From: Schizochytrium sp. TIO01
Lineage: Eukaryota; Protista; Bigyra: Labyrinthulomycetes
DNA: 64,000 bases
Direction: 5' to 3'
Assembly (NCBI GenBank): GCA_004764695.1
Contig: SMSO01000034.1
Location: 1,612,001 to 1,676,000 of the forward strand
Shown: piece by piece, positions 32,881 to 45,544 of the stretch
How positions within the stretch are numbered: position 1 is the first letter of the stretch
Layout of the letters: every line of letters begins with the position of its first letter
Notes under the pieces: generated by a model
The model's input: the letters and a program-made list of their open reading frames with translations, nothing else
Databases searched by the model: none
Told to the model about the DNA's origin: nothing
Program-made: the position numbers and the translations under genes

Positions 32881-33899
32881 GTGGGGCCCCACCACGAATT
32901 GAACGGCTCGAGCCGTTTAAGTGTTCTTAGGATTTAGCGTGGCCGCACCTTATCTATCTATGAGGCACCTATTCTGTTGACTACGTACGAAAGAGCTTCT
33001 CGCGAAAGCAATGGAAGATTGTCCTGGCTTGAGTTTTCACCCCCGAGTAGCTGAAAGAGTTAATTGCATTCATTACCTCTGAGATTGTGCGAAGGTGACC
33101 CTCTTCTGCGTGAGATGCCTAACCTACGCATGTCCACATTTCCATGTTTTAGCAGTGTGATGGGCGATTGTTTTGGCTTGTGCTTTGACCCAATTTGCTG
33201 AAAGATCTTGGTTTTCTTTGAAGTACTGCCCATTTTCAGAAGAATGGAGAGGGCCATATGATCGAAGGGTATGTTATATAGGCCATCATAGCTTATCTTG
33301 CCTCTTGCCTCTTGCTTGTTGCTTGAAAGTAAGTAAGTCTGCCTACAATCGTGTCTTACTGCAAGGAATAAAATAAAACAAACTAAGACAATAACAATGA
33401 CAATCAGTTTTTCAAGATTGTTGTTGTTGTTGCAAAAATGATACCTAAACTGTTGCACAGTGCAGTTGAAAAGAACAATTCTCCAAAATAAAACAATTCT
33501 AATTGTAATTATTGTAATTAAATCATTAACAAGTTACAAAGTCTTCGAGTTGTTAAAGCCTCTAAGTGGTGCTGAAAAGGGAGTGCGAAAGTGAGGTAAT
33601 GTGAGAGGTTCGACCGAACAGAAGTGACTATGCCTCGCGTTCTGAGCTACTGCGACGATTCGTTGTCGAAAGCCGGAAGGAACAGCGTCGCGCAGATCGT
33701 CAGCGAAGAAATTGAGGAAGTAAGTGGGTATTGTGCCTCTTCGTACGGTAGCAGGAGCTGTCGGGTGAAGAAATTGCGATAGAACAAGCGATGGGAAGAC
33801 GCGGCAGTGTTTTCATAATTTAACTTTTATTTAATCAAAATAAATAAACACTTGAGCAATTAGGTATCTATCCTATTGAAATGCCTCTTTTTTAATGAG

Positions 33900-34650
33900 G
33901 AAGGTAAATTCGGGCATATGAAGGGCCTATGTTAGCTTGCTGAGCTACTTAACCATCGAGACTCTTTTGGCTTCATAGACTGGAAGAGCACCAGGAGATG
34001 CATGATGTTTCGGGGCGGAAATTATTGGTATCGTTGTACAAACGCTCGGCAGCGAGGGAAAGCTGGAAAGTAACCCACCTGTGAAAGTTAGGTGTGAACC
34101 TTATGGCGTACCAAGGATTCTGAAGCGGCCAGGACTCCCAGTCGTTTAGAACTCTAGTTTGAAATAAGGAGGTTTCATAAATCGGTAGGAGTTTCTGTAC
34201 TCAAAAGCTTACTTTATCGCTTGGCTTCAACACCAAGTTGGCGAACGAATTAAAAGCCTTCATTGTCAATGGTTTGATGTAAGCATTCAAGCAATGCAGG
34301 ATTGTTGTAATGCGAAGCAAGTGCATGCGCTGATTTACTTGTTCTGCCACTTTTTTTTCCCAACTTTAGAACACCAACACCTAAATATTAATTACCAACT
34401 GAGTCTCGTAGTATAACTAGTTGCACTGTGCTTTTATTTTAAAATTATTTTTGTAAACCTCCCAAAATTATTATAACTGGAACCACTGTCGCAGATGCGT
34501 GCGTAAATCGAAAGATTACCTTCTGACCGTGAAAAACCATGTCCAGCGTCACTTTAATATACTTTTGGCAATTTTCTAGGGCTTCTGCATAAATTTATGT
34601 CAACTGCATATCGTAGCATACTCCTCAATATTTGAGTTTGTGCTGATGTA
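33900..34650 (+). pseudogene. Decayed F-box/LRR-like relic
   Basis: LLSYLTIETLL (33937-33969, F-box-like), then ERIKSLHCQ, NLPKLL*LE, NLCQLHIV in broken frames. Confidence 0.25.
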
Positions 34651-35517
34651 CGACTTGCTGATACTTTAGGTTGGAGCGTACAGAAAAGCGAAAGCTTTAA
34701 AAAATAAAATGACCAAACATGTCGGTACGTTTTCCATCATCATCTCCCCTGAGATACGTTCCATTTAAGTTTCGTCAATATCGTACAAATCATGAAAAAA
34801 GAAAGATGATCAAGAGAATGTATCTCAGCATAATCAAACTCATTCATCAAATAGAGCACGTGCTTTGAAAGAAGTCAAACAAAAAAGAGAGACCTCTCTT
34901 TTCTGAAAAGATATATATATTTTTTAAAGGCGATCTCGTTTCTGCACCGGACAAGCTCATCTAATCTTCCAGTAAAAAGAGGGATCGACATCTCAAGAGG
35001 TACTTTCTGGAAATGCTGGCACCCTCGTCCTTCTCTGGTTAGCGCTTGTTCAAGGAGAGTACGATGAAAAGGGAAGAATGTACAGCCGCATGACCCGAAG
35101 TGCATGCGACCTTCTTAGAACATAGCTAACTATATGGCTGGTTGGCTGGCTGATGTAAGTGAGTAAGTAAGATAAGAAGTTTCTTAATAATTTGACTCGT
35201 TTGTGTTATGAAATGCGAGTTTTAAGAGGCTCTACCTGACAAAGTGAAAAAAAAATGAAGCTGGCTACTGTGGGATGTAGTGCTCCAGTGTAGGTTTCCA
35301 CGCATAAAGTAGTGGGAAATTGTGGTACACGCTTGCTATGCTGTTTCATCCTGCTGTGTCTTATGTCTGATATATGAAGCAACCAACCCAGCTGTGTGAA
35401 ATGATTAATCATTAGCACTCAATCTATTTGACCAATAGTCTTTAGTGGGGAGTCAATCGCCTTGCGATCCTTCGTTTTTAAGGCCTACCAAAACGCTCGA
35501 TCTTGCGCGGAAAAAAC

Positions 35518-36621
35518 TTAGTCCTCTTCCTCCTCATCATCATCTTTGTTGCCATCTTCGAGGTCGAGATCATCGAAGTCCAAAAAGTCTTCAGGAACCT
35601 TGTCCTGGTTCACAAGCTCTTGAACATCAATGACAGCCTGGACAGTTGTACGAATGTAAAACTCCTCAGCCGCGTCAGCTTCGCGACCAGAAAGCTTAGG
35701 GTTCTCTGCCTTATCGCGAGCAGCAATCCATCGAGCCCGAATTTCTTTCAACGCGCCACGGCCGTGATAAAATTGCGCACCTTCGTATATCTCATCGAGG
35801 ACGTCTGCCAAATCACCCATAGTCTTTGCTTCGTGAATTCGGTTGTCCAAATCTTGAGGGACACCCGGGCCTTCAAAGTACGGCTTAAAATCTGAGTCAA
35901 AGCGTTGCACGCCATCCTGGATGCTCAATTTTTCCTGGTACAAGTTATCGACAAGAGTCTCCAACGGCTTCCACTTTGGGCTTGGGAGAGATACCTCGAT
36001 GGAGTCGTCCATGCGTTCAAAGAGGTCCTCCAGCATTTCCTCAAGAGCTTCTAGACGCACGTCAGTGACACGCGTGAGGAGCTTGTGCAGAGCTGTTGTC
36101 TGGCTCTTGTGGAGTTTTTTCATTTGAGACTTGCGGCGCTCAGAAATTTCATCAAATTCTTTCACATAGTCGTTGCGCTCGCTGTCAATGTAACGCTCAA
36201 CGTTGGTAAGGATGATCTTGACCTTACTGCGCTCCTTATCGTCTGAGATCGCATTGAGAGCATCCTCGATTTTCGCACTCGTGAATCCACGAATCCGGCG
36301 AATGAGGCGAATCACCTCTTCCTTGGTTTCCAGTTGCATGGAGAGGGCAGCCTCAAGCTGGAGTTTCTGCGCGATAGCACTGGCCTCACCTTGAATGCGG
36401 TGATTTGCCAAAGCCTGACGCTCCATGTACAAGTTGTACCTGTGTTCAATAGATTCGCGGTATGTCCATGCCATACCAGTGGCCATGAGCAGACCGACGG
36501 CACAAACGCCAAGCAAAACGCGGCGAATCACGCTTGTTCGAAATGCAATGCCTTCTGTTTTGTCACCAGAGCCCATCTTCACGCGCTGGCCACCGAGGCC
36601 ACCTTCAAGGGCCGCCTCCAT
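35518..36621 (-). CDS. Type II membrane coiled-coil protein of unknown function, acidic C-terminus
   Basis: 367-aa ATG ORF; one TM (VLLGVCAVGLLMATGMAW) followed by charged helices. Confidence 0.8.
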   Translation of the reverse strand: MEAALEGGLGGQRVKMGSGDKTEGIAFRTSVIRRVLLGVCAVGLLMATGMAWTYRESIEHRYNLYMERQALANHRIQGEASAIAQKLQLEAALSMQLETKEEVIRLIRRIRGFTSAKIEDALNAISDDKERSKVKIILTNVERYIDSERNDYVKEFDEISERRKSQMKKLHKSQTTALHKLLTRVTDVRLEALEEMLEDLFERMDDSIEVSLPSPKWKPLETLVDNLYQEKLSIQDGVQRFDSDFKPYFEGPGVPQDLDNRIHEAKTMGDLADVLDEIYEGAQFYHGRGALKEIRARWIAARDKAENPKLSGREADAAEEFYIRTTVQAVIDVQELVNQDKVPEDFLDFDDLDLEDGNKDDDEEEED

Positions 36622-36959
36622 GTTAACGTGATGTTGCGAAGGGCCTGGAATTGTGCTCCTCTGTTTAAACTACAATGTGGCTGGCTGCCAAAGGCAAATT
36701 CTTTATCAGAAATCTCAAGATCCCTGAGCTTATCTCAATTGCAAGTTCTTCCCTTTCGGTAAATAAATCTTGTACTCTGTGTAAGCCGTTAATATGCAAG
36801 ATTCCGATGAGGTTGTCAGATTCCTGATAGCTGCATTTACCGAATCAGGACTGCAGACTACAATAAAGAGGCAGGGAACACGAAGGTTGAGCCCGACCGG
36901 CGATATGGGAGTGTTCCAGAGCTCTCATGCACGCAGAACTTACCGACGCCAAGGAAAGA

Positions 36960-38520
36960 TGAATGCCTGACTGACCTGGCAACAGTCTATTTGAGGTTCA
37001 AGTTGGTGGAGACGGTCTAACTTCAGACATAATCTTTTTTCTGGGAAAAAAGTGGCCCAAACGGACCCCTGCTAGTATTTGGTAGCAATTTGGATAGATC
37101 GGTTCGCTTATGCAAGCAAATGATCATGAGCTACCCAGATCCCTGTTATATTTTCGTTCAGTACTTCACGTTGTTTGGAAATGCCAAGAATCATGATGGA
37201 CCAAAGATACAACATTTGCGAAAAATCGGCTAGTCGTGAAGAGCTCATGTTACTTAAAACGAGTCATTTTGTCTACATAGTAAATACTTTACATCCGTTA
37301 GATGTATGGCGATCATCGAGAGATACACCCTAGTCAACCCAGCTTGGATAGACTCACTGAAATCAGGAATCAATTCGAAGAGTTGTTTCGTGACGACTGC
37401 ATTGCAATAACAACATATTACCTTGGGCAAGAAGCTATTGAGTTCTTCCAGGATTTCCCTTCCTTTACAGATCACATCGGACTCACCCTTTACATAAGCT
37501 CCGTGTCACCTTGAAGGACTTGATACAAACCCAAGTTCAAGTCGATTTACAGGGAACGATTTGAGCGACATGCGTATAAATTAATTAGAGAAACATGGCT
37601 TTGCATGTCAAGTCCTATTATACAAACGGCATAAATTATTACGTATTCTTGCTAGATTTTTAGATAAAGAGAGTGGTGAAAAGATGGAGAACAGCAGTTT
37701 AGTGTCTATTGCACAGTAGCTTGTGCTGTGAAGCGTGCAGGCGTAATCATGAATCTCCTACCTCGTATACATCATGTGGATGCACATACAAAAGCAATCA
37801 AGGATAAAGCAATGCTAACCGTAAACTACAGTAAGGATCTATACAATGAATTACAGCTTACTCAACTAGAGATGATAAGAAAGTACACTAGTTTAGTCAG
37901 CGGAAACTCTAGTGAAGTTACGAAACTGACGCATCTACAAGCAACCTCTTTTGATCTCTCCCAGACCAAGCTTTTGTTCAAGCGTAAAAGTCGACCTTCA
38001 TCTCAGAACATCAACTCCGGGTAAGCGCAACAGCGAATTCCTCTAAGAGACAAGTGCCCACATTGTGGTCAATCGAATTATGCCGAGGCAGACTGCAGAT
38101 ACTTGACAAAAACATGCCCTTGTTGTAATCAAACTGGTCACAGACCTACTGGCTGTCCTGGCAAGCAGTAGAGACAACACGCGCAGTTGAACAATAAATG
38201 ACGACGCCACTCTTCGACACCAAATTAAAAAGGTCTTACAGTAACTACGCATTCTACAGAACATAGACCTTTCTGCGCAACTCCTAACAACTAATGATCT
38301 CAAATCTTACTCAAATTCAGTACAGCCAGCCTCGGAAGGATTTCTAATTGACTCTGTTTGCAATCTCAATGTCATACGGAATCTTAAACTGGTCTCAAAC
38401 TATGAAAACATTGATATGTTATCCATGGATGCAGCCCAAGGAACTGCGTTACCCAAGAAGTCTACAGCACTTTTCTGAGAAAAGACCAGCGTGACGTCAT
38501 GCAGTTTAGTATAACGCTTA
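36960..38520 (+). pseudogene. Decayed F-box/LRR gene
   Basis: F-box-like CLTDLATVYLRFKLVETV* (36964-37017) and ICEKSASREELMLLKTS. LRR-like LPRIHHVDA, LQLTQLEM, TKLTHLQA, LRILQNIDLSAQLLT (38245-38289), STALF*EKTSVT. Many in-frame stops. Confidence 0.45.
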
Positions 38521-38689
38521 TCCTCGCAGCGAAGTTGAAGCTCGTCTTCACCTTTTGCAATATGTACTAAACCATCTATCAATCACTCAAGTTCACTGCA
38601 TTTGCGGGTGGTAACGGCTACAGAAATGATCCACTGTCTTCGTTCAGCCCGATCAACGCTTAGTGAAGAGACAACACGTGTATCTATTC

Positions 38690-39560
38690 TGTAGTATCTT
38701 GTTTATCTAAACACAAAACACCATTTCTAAATCCATCTTCATTGGCAAATTGAGGACTCACACCTTTCAGTATTTTGATTGCAGACTTTTTTTGACCAGA
38801 TTCCGGGTGCTTGACTTGTGATAGGGCTGGTACCTTGAACTTCTGGCCAGCTTTGTCAAGCAAAATCAAATCATCTGCTTTGAGGGGTTGTATCAGGAAA
38901 ACAAAGGGGTTCAACTTCCCTGAAGTCCAGCTGTCGGCCAATCCATCTGAGCGTTTGATCTAAGTTTTCACATTTTCTAACCAGTTTACCGAAGCAAGGG
39001 ATCATCGGTTGGAGGTTCTGAAAAGGTTCACATCCAGAACCTTTTTTAACTGTGATATGCGTAGGATGTAGTTAAAAAAAAGCAGAAACCATCGTGATGT
39101 GCTCCAAGGGATTGTCGCCGCCTCTCTCCTCTGACGCTTCCATTGCCCGCGATTGTAAGCTTGGGTATTTTGTTAAAATCAATGAATACCCTGCAGTTTC
39201 TGCAAGCATCAGTGGTTCCTTCACATTGGCATAAACACCTTGTGTCTGAAACTCTCCACGCAGACATGAAACCAACTTTGGCCAGCACGCTGACGCCATC
39301 CATCGCCAGTTGGAGCATTGCATTTCTTAAAAGCAAGTTACTCGAGAATAAAAGCTTTTCAACTTGAGACCCAGTGCACACGTACCAATCGATTCTTGAC
39401 ATGCTAGCATAGGTATTACAATCTTGATCGTATCACGATCGTATTACTAGTAATCCTGAAGAAGTATCAGACCCAATACACATATGAGTGATGTGCTCTG
39501 CGTTGAGATATTGTTCAAGCAAAAACCAGCGAATCGATTGTTGGTATGATGTGTAGCGAG
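38690..39560 (-). pseudogene. Decayed F-box/LRR gene, convergent with the previous relic
   Basis: SLHIIPT/(frameshift)IRWFLLEQYLNAEHITHM (39559-39481, F-box-like), then SQVEKLLFSSN, KYPSLQSRAM, NPLEHITMV, LENVKT*I. Confidence 0.45.
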
Positions 39561-41429
39561 TGATTGCTACCGACTGGAGGAGCAACTCATTCGAGCCAGC
39601 GAGTGAAATTGAAAGCGACTCAAACAAGTTTTCATGTTATCAGAGAGTTCTGGTAGCTTGAGGGATCTTTATGATTCTCCCTCAGGCAGCAGCATTTTCT
39701 GGAGCCTGCATTTGGGAGATTAATACACTAATCTATTGACTTGGATGTTATGACGATCACCGTATTATTGGCCCTTCAAGACCAAGAGCTACTATTTTTG
39801 ACTCCCCGTCATAACTCCAAAACGTGCGATTCAGTAGCTGAGGAACCCCACCATGGTGAAGATCAGTGTCAGACTGTTCTTGAGTTGACGGTGAAAGAGC
39901 TTAGACTACCGTCATGATTCGTGATCACTCAACACGGATGGCTCAAACCAAAATAATTGCGGAACTCAAGTATGGTTGCAGAACCCTCTCGGAAAGATAC
40001 ACGGAATTTTTTTAGAACTTGGTGAAGGCAGTTTAGTCATTTAAAAGAAAGAACATTAAAATAAGAACAGTTTAAACTAAATAACTACTAGGATGATTTA
40101 AAGAAACAGAAAAAAGAAAAGAGCAGATCACTCTCTCTCTATCTCTCAGGTAGGTAGTTAGTGGCAATGGAAAAGCGATGGTTAGCACTTTCTACTCCTT
40201 TACTAATGCCGCATTTTTCAAAGTAATAAAATAAAACATGTGATGATTAAACACATACTATGTATTCACTAATGGGTACTATCGCAGTGTAAATGAGGGG
40301 AGAGTATTTGCTACACGTCAGTGTGTCTCGAGTGCTATCACTGTAGTAATAATATTCTACTTTTCTGATAATACTAACTTAAAAGTAAAACAATTTTGTT
40401 TACCCGGTGGTTATAGGGGGAGAGAATTCTTTTTTGTACTGTCTTTTTAAATTAAAAAGGAGTAGGCGCTGTTCTTCACTCGTTCCGAATAACCATGGCA
40501 TGTGCTTATGCATCCACTATGCCTGACTAGAGTGCGTTGAATAGGAGGGTTAGAACAGTGGAACAAGTCGAGTATACAGAAATAGCTCACTACTAATACA
40601 GTTGAAGTTTAAAACTAAGTGAAGAATGTACTGTTAGGTTAGGTACCGACCTCTCATCATATGATATCTCTAAAAAGAGGAGATGGATGATACTGAGGAG
40701 GAGTGAAGCGAACACAAAGAGACAAAGATCTATTGACGGGCACTAGGTACGTCTGCGCCGCGGCCCCGGCATGCACGCGCGCTCCTTGGAGAGGTCGCGT
40801 GGCACACGCAGCTATATACGCACGAGCGCACGAACGTACGCACTTTAACGGCTGCGGACGGGGATGCAGGGAAATCGGGCTTGTCTATGTTATGTGGCAG
40901 GTGTCGAAGCTCGTTGAGCTTACTTGGAGAGCGGACGCCAACGCTCGAGTGAGCCTTGCAGCACGCAAGCGTGACACGTGCGATGATAAGATATTGCGGG
41001 GAGAGATCTCACTCTCTACATTTGCGGAGGGTGATATTTACATTCCTTGATATAAACTGCAGCGTGAGCTTCCCTTGTCTTTGGAAATAGTTGATCAGCT
41101 TTTGATAAAAGAGGATTCCCAGATGAGGCTCGAGGCAATGTGTGGAAGCAATGTGCCTACGAGTGTGAAATGCTGCTCCAGAAAAACAACTGCATGGCCA
41201 GGGGTTTATTTTATATGCTTCAAATCGAGAACGGAGAACTAACGTGGTTTATTTGGGGAACCCATTGCATTTGGGCTCTGTGGTGTTAACCTAATCTGGT
41301 TGCGAATTAAATGACAATATGATGTTCTTGAACGGGCATGTGGTACGAAATACAGGCAATATAACTACGTCACTCAAGTTATTACAAGTCGCAAACGCGG
41401 AAAAGAAAAACAAGTAAAACACCAACACA

Positions 41430-41948
41430 ATGACGGACTTCGTAGCAAACAAAGGTAACTGCACTCTCGTCAGCAAGGAGGGCGAGAAGCGTGAGGTGCC
41501 CATGGAAGTGGCACAGATGAGCGTTCTTGTCAAGGAGATGACTGATGAGGATAACGGCGACGAAACCAACCCGGAGATTCCTCTTCCTAACGTTGCCATC
41601 AAGGTTCTCGACAAGGTCATTGAGTTCTGCAAACATCACGTGAAGGAGCCCATGCAGGAGATCGAAAAACCTCTCAAGTCTCCCAACATGAACGAGGTTG
41701 TCTCAGAATGGGATGCTAGGTTTGTTGACATTGACCAGGAGACCCTCTTTGAGCTCATTCTTGCTGCTAACTACCTTGATATTAAGCCGCTGCTGGACCT
41801 GACCTGTGCCAAGGTCGCCTCCATGATTAAGAACAAGTCTCCGGAAGAGATCCGAGAGACCTTCAACATCACCAATGATTTTACTCCTGAGGAGGAGGCT
41901 CGCGTTCGCGACGAGAACAAATGGTGTGAGGAAACAAACTCCCAGTAA
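41430..41948 (+). CDS. SKP1: SKP1, canonical copy
   Basis: IPLPNV...LDKVIEFCKHH, WDARFV, LFELILAANYLDIKPLLDLTCAKVASMIK.KSPEEIRETFNITNDFTPEEE..VRDENKW. Confidence 0.97.
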   Translation: MTDFVANKGNCTLVSKEGEKREVPMEVAQMSVLVKEMTDEDNGDETNPEIPLPNVAIKVLDKVIEFCKHHVKEPMQEIEKPLKSPNMNEVVSEWDARFVDIDQETLFELILAANYLDIKPLLDLTCAKVASMIKNKSPEEIRETFNITNDFTPEEEARVRDENKWCEETNSQ

Positions 41949-42249
41949 CCTGAAAACATTCCTGTGCATTTCTTTTCCCCTCCCCTCAATCCTCTACATA
42001 ACAACAAAAACAACAACATTGAAAACAACATCTGGCGTAACTGAGCCTAGTCCTTTTTCTCATCCCATCTTATACTTATTTCCTTCTCCCTTCCTCCTTT
42101 CTTATGAGTGCGTGAGTATGCAGCACTTCGTTCCGTGATATATACTAATGGCATTAATCACATGTGCCTCGCATTACGCACAGTCAGACTCTTATGATCA
42201 TATACACACCATTTTATGCTCGGAGTGTTGGTTAGGAAATTCATTATGA

Positions 42250-43030
42250 AATCACGTTCATTCAAGACTTGTTACGCAAGCGACTTGCTCATACTTTGTT
42301 AAAAGTTGCCCTGTAGTGTCAAATTTATTCTGATTTCCCAAACGAAAGTACCGTTCCCCAAACCCTGCATAAGATAAATGTCTTGAAAATTTGATCTCCA
42401 CCAATTTTATTCCCAGATTGAAGCAAAGAATCATTCGAAGCATTAGTCTATCAATATTCAGAACTACACAATTTGTCCGACTTGAAGCGGACTAAGCACA
42501 TGATATTTATCCTCTTACGTGCCACTTTGAAAGCCAGCTAATCTGTTCACGTTTGGTAGAATTCCAATACTGAGAAGTCAGTCTAGCACAACGCAAGTTC
42601 ATATATTCCTGCTTGTCTGAAGACAAAGAAGTCGGTGCTCTTTTGTTTTTTACAAAAGTCTTAAGAGTCACATTTTAGCAACATTTCACTTGATCCTCGA
42701 AATTGCAGCAACAATCAAACATATATCCTGAGGAGCAATAATGGTTCAGGTTGTAAGCGCCTTTCCCCAGAGGCACAAGGCTATTTAGGAAGAAAGGCAA
42801 AAAAAAAACGAGTCTTCTTCTGTATCTGATGAAGCAAGAAAGAAATATGTGTCAAATGGAAATGAGAGTTTTACTGAAGTTTGATGAGAAACGATGCAGG
42901 CCGTGGACTAGCCCAGTTCCCATATATTCCTTGCTTCACTTTTTGATGAAGAAATACATTCAGCGAGTATGGTAGCAGTTGATTTGGGTATTATGTCTAC
43001 TTTGTCTGGGGATATCAAGGGACTTCCCCA
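42250..43030 (-). pseudogene. Possible decayed F-box/LRR relic
   Basis: KSLDIPRQSRH near 43030, then GKALTT*TII, IKLVEIKFS, VTSLE* in broken frames. Weak. Confidence 0.2.
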
Positions 43031-43262
43031 CGAACGATAAAAAGCACCATTACATTGTCTCTAATCTCTTACGAAGCCGGTTGGTGGGGCAAGTGAGCTT
43101 TCATGAGATTCGCTCAACTTTCCTACTTTGGCATCTATAAAACGGAGAGTAAGTGGCAACCACCAAGCAACGAGGCATCACATCGATTGCAGCCATAACC
43201 TAAATCACAAGACTCCCTTGAACCATCATCACCAACAAGAGGGGTTTAGAAAATATTGTATA

Positions 43263-44030
43263 ATGTTCAAGTCCTTGATTCTTGATATCTTCATGCCAGC
43301 TACTGCAGAGTGCAATATTTGTCTGCGTACTAATGAACAGATCGAAGAGGAGCTCGGAGAACCTGAGCTGATGTACTCTGTATGTAAGTGCTCGAGCGAA
43401 GACAAAACAATATCACCTTACGTCCACCTTTCTTGCCGTAGACACGTGAGACTCTTTGATCACTCTATTTGTCACCGCTGCAATGAGCCCATCATTTACT
43501 CTTTCCGTGTTCGCTTTGTCTTATGGTTAATTACATTTTTTTTGACAAAGCTCCTCATATTTGCATGGTGTGTTCATATAAAACCACTCTGCGGACGGAA
43601 CCTCTACTTTGCCTCCGCAGTGTTTTTATTCATGCCTCTGCAGGTCCCCCCCGGCCTTGAAGGTTTGTTCGGGCTTGTTGCTATCATCTTAGAGTTTGAT
43701 CTCCTGAAAAGCTATGCAATTGATCTTGACAAAGATCTTGAGCTTGCGCCTACTACATTCTTGCTTGATTGGAACTGGTTTTCATGGCCACTTAGATGGA
43801 CCTATGTTTTCGTCATGTTTCGCATACATCGCTTTGTGCAGGGATTCTATCTTTCCTGCATTCTGAGGCATTTCGTGTTTCTGCAAGTATGCCAGGTTTA
43901 CCCTTTCATCTTTCGGCCTAATACGTTTTCAAACAAACAGCACATGGAGGTCGAAACCGAATTCATCATCAAGACAGATCGATTTGGATCAGTGCACCGG
44001 CGGGTTGCAGTAGAACGAAGGCCCTACTAG
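43263..44030 (+). CDS. RING-CH (RINGv, MARCH-like) membrane E3 ligase, divergent
   Basis: C4HC3 pattern CNIC...CKC...VHLSC...CHRC followed by several hydrophobic segments. Start is ATG 43263 or 43293. Confidence 0.8.
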   Translation: MFKSLILDIFMPATAECNICLRTNEQIEEELGEPELMYSVCKCSSEDKTISPYVHLSCRRHVRLFDHSICHRCNEPIIYSFRVRFVLWLITFFLTKLLIFAWCVHIKPLCGRNLYFASAVFLFMPLQVPPGLEGLFGLVAIILEFDLLKSYAIDLDKDLELAPTTFLLDWNWFSWPLRWTYVFVMFRIHRFVQGFYLSCILRHFVFLQVCQVYPFIFRPNTFSNKQHMEVETEFIIKTDRFGSVHRRVAVERRPY

Positions 44031-44894
44031 ACGCTTTAGCTTGAGATTTTGCCCAATTAGTTTACAAAAAGAATATATATATTTTTTTTCAAGGATCATT
44101 GAGTGAGTGTGCACACAAACGACTTAATACTGCTACTACCTTGGCTTGTGCCGATTTCGCCATTGCTCTCATCATCATAGATAGCAGCCTCAGAGGTACC
44201 ATATGGCTCTCTACAAGGTCGAAGCTTTTAAAGGTCACGGTGTACGCACGACTTTGAACCCTGATGATGAAAGAGTTGCATCGTTCGAGAAACGTAGGTA
44301 GGCAGTCTAAGGGTTCGCCAAAAAGCGTAGCTCAGCTGTGTTCACAACTAATTGTTTCTTGCACAGAGCTAATAGCCATTACAGTAGAAGTAGGATTCGC
44401 CCAAAGGTGCCTTTTCTATCTGTTGCGAAAGCAGCAAAGCAGCAAAGCAGATCTCAAATCAAATAAAACATTTCCACTTTCCAGGTGAAGAACTAAGCAT
44501 TGAGTACGTTTGACGCGCGCAGCAAGCGACTTGGAGGAGCACGCCGGTTGGCAGCATAATTGTTTGTTACACAATCTATCGTACTGCGTTCCTTGGAGCG
44601 CCTCCGCGGCGAGCGAGGGAAGGAATCCCTATTGCCGGCCGAGGATCATCTTGTGTTCCGCAAGAGCGCCCTCTGTACGATCAGGATTTTTAGAAGCAAG
44701 TTTGCAGGATGGAGTCTGCGAACGTAGAAGCTATGTGCTGGAGACTAAGTTCGACGAGTAGCAATGGGGTAATTAATGGAATATGACCCGCTTGCCTTAC
44801 CATGGTGGGGAGGGGTTTGGGGGGAAACCAACCACGATCTAAATTTTGATCAACTAACATGACAGTATAAACTGAAATCAACAGTACTTATAAC

Positions 44895-45491
44895 ATGACC
44901 GAAGCTGAAGCTGTAGCTGCAAGCGAAGAGGTGCCCACCCAAGTGCGCACATGTATCCTCGTCTCACGAGAGGGTGAGAAGCTAGAGGTTCCTCTCAACG
45001 TTGCTCAGTTGAGTGGACTTGTGAAAGAAATGACTTCCGATGCTGAAGAAGATGAAGACAACATCGAGATCCCCGTGTCCGAAGCCAGCATCGAAACTCT
45101 GGAGAAAGTGGTGGTTTTCTGTAAGTACCACGTAGACGTTGAGTGGCGACCAGTGAAAAAGCCTCTTCCCGCTGAGAAGATTGACGACTTCAGTCAAATC
45201 GTTCCGAAATGGGATGCGGAGTTCCTCCAGAATGAACCAGTTACAGCAATTGCTGACTTGCTAAAGGCAGCTAACTTCCTCGATATCAAGTCTTTGCTTG
45301 ATCTAACTTGTGCCAAAATTGCGTCCCTGGTCCGAGGCAGGACCAAAAAAGAGATGCGAGAAACCTTTGGCCTTACCGAAGCGCAACTTCCGGAAGGAGA
45401 CGACAAGAGTTTCCTTATGGAGATCATGGGTCCAGTTTCTGATCCTGCCGACGCCCCTGTAGCTAAGAAGTCAAACACAGAAGCTGCCTGA
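44895..45491 (+). CDS. SKP1: SKP1 paralog 2, divergent C-terminus
   Basis: LEKVVVFCKYH, WDAEFL, LLKAANFLDIKSLLDLTCAKIASLVRG..KEMRETF. Lacks the terminal ENxW helix motif. Confidence 0.9.
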   Translation: MTEAEAVAASEEVPTQVRTCILVSREGEKLEVPLNVAQLSGLVKEMTSDAEEDEDNIEIPVSEASIETLEKVVVFCKYHVDVEWRPVKKPLPAEKIDDFSQIVPKWDAEFLQNEPVTAIADLLKAANFLDIKSLLDLTCAKIASLVRGRTKKEMRETFGLTEAQLPEGDDKSFLMEIMGPVSDPADAPVAKKSNTEAA

Positions 45492-45544
45492 GTCCTGCGC
45501 ATACCTGCAAACTAATGTTGTACTGTGCTAATTTTTTTCTTCTT

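Noticed and set aside
33630-33725. 30-codon ATG exon followed by GTAAGT
   Set aside because: No matching acceptor or downstream open exon was found, so a gene model cannot be supported.
38690-38705. TGTAGTATCT resembling the U2 branch-point recognition sequence
   Set aside because: No U2 stem I, stem IIa or Sm site context; it lies at the end of the minus-strand LRR relic.
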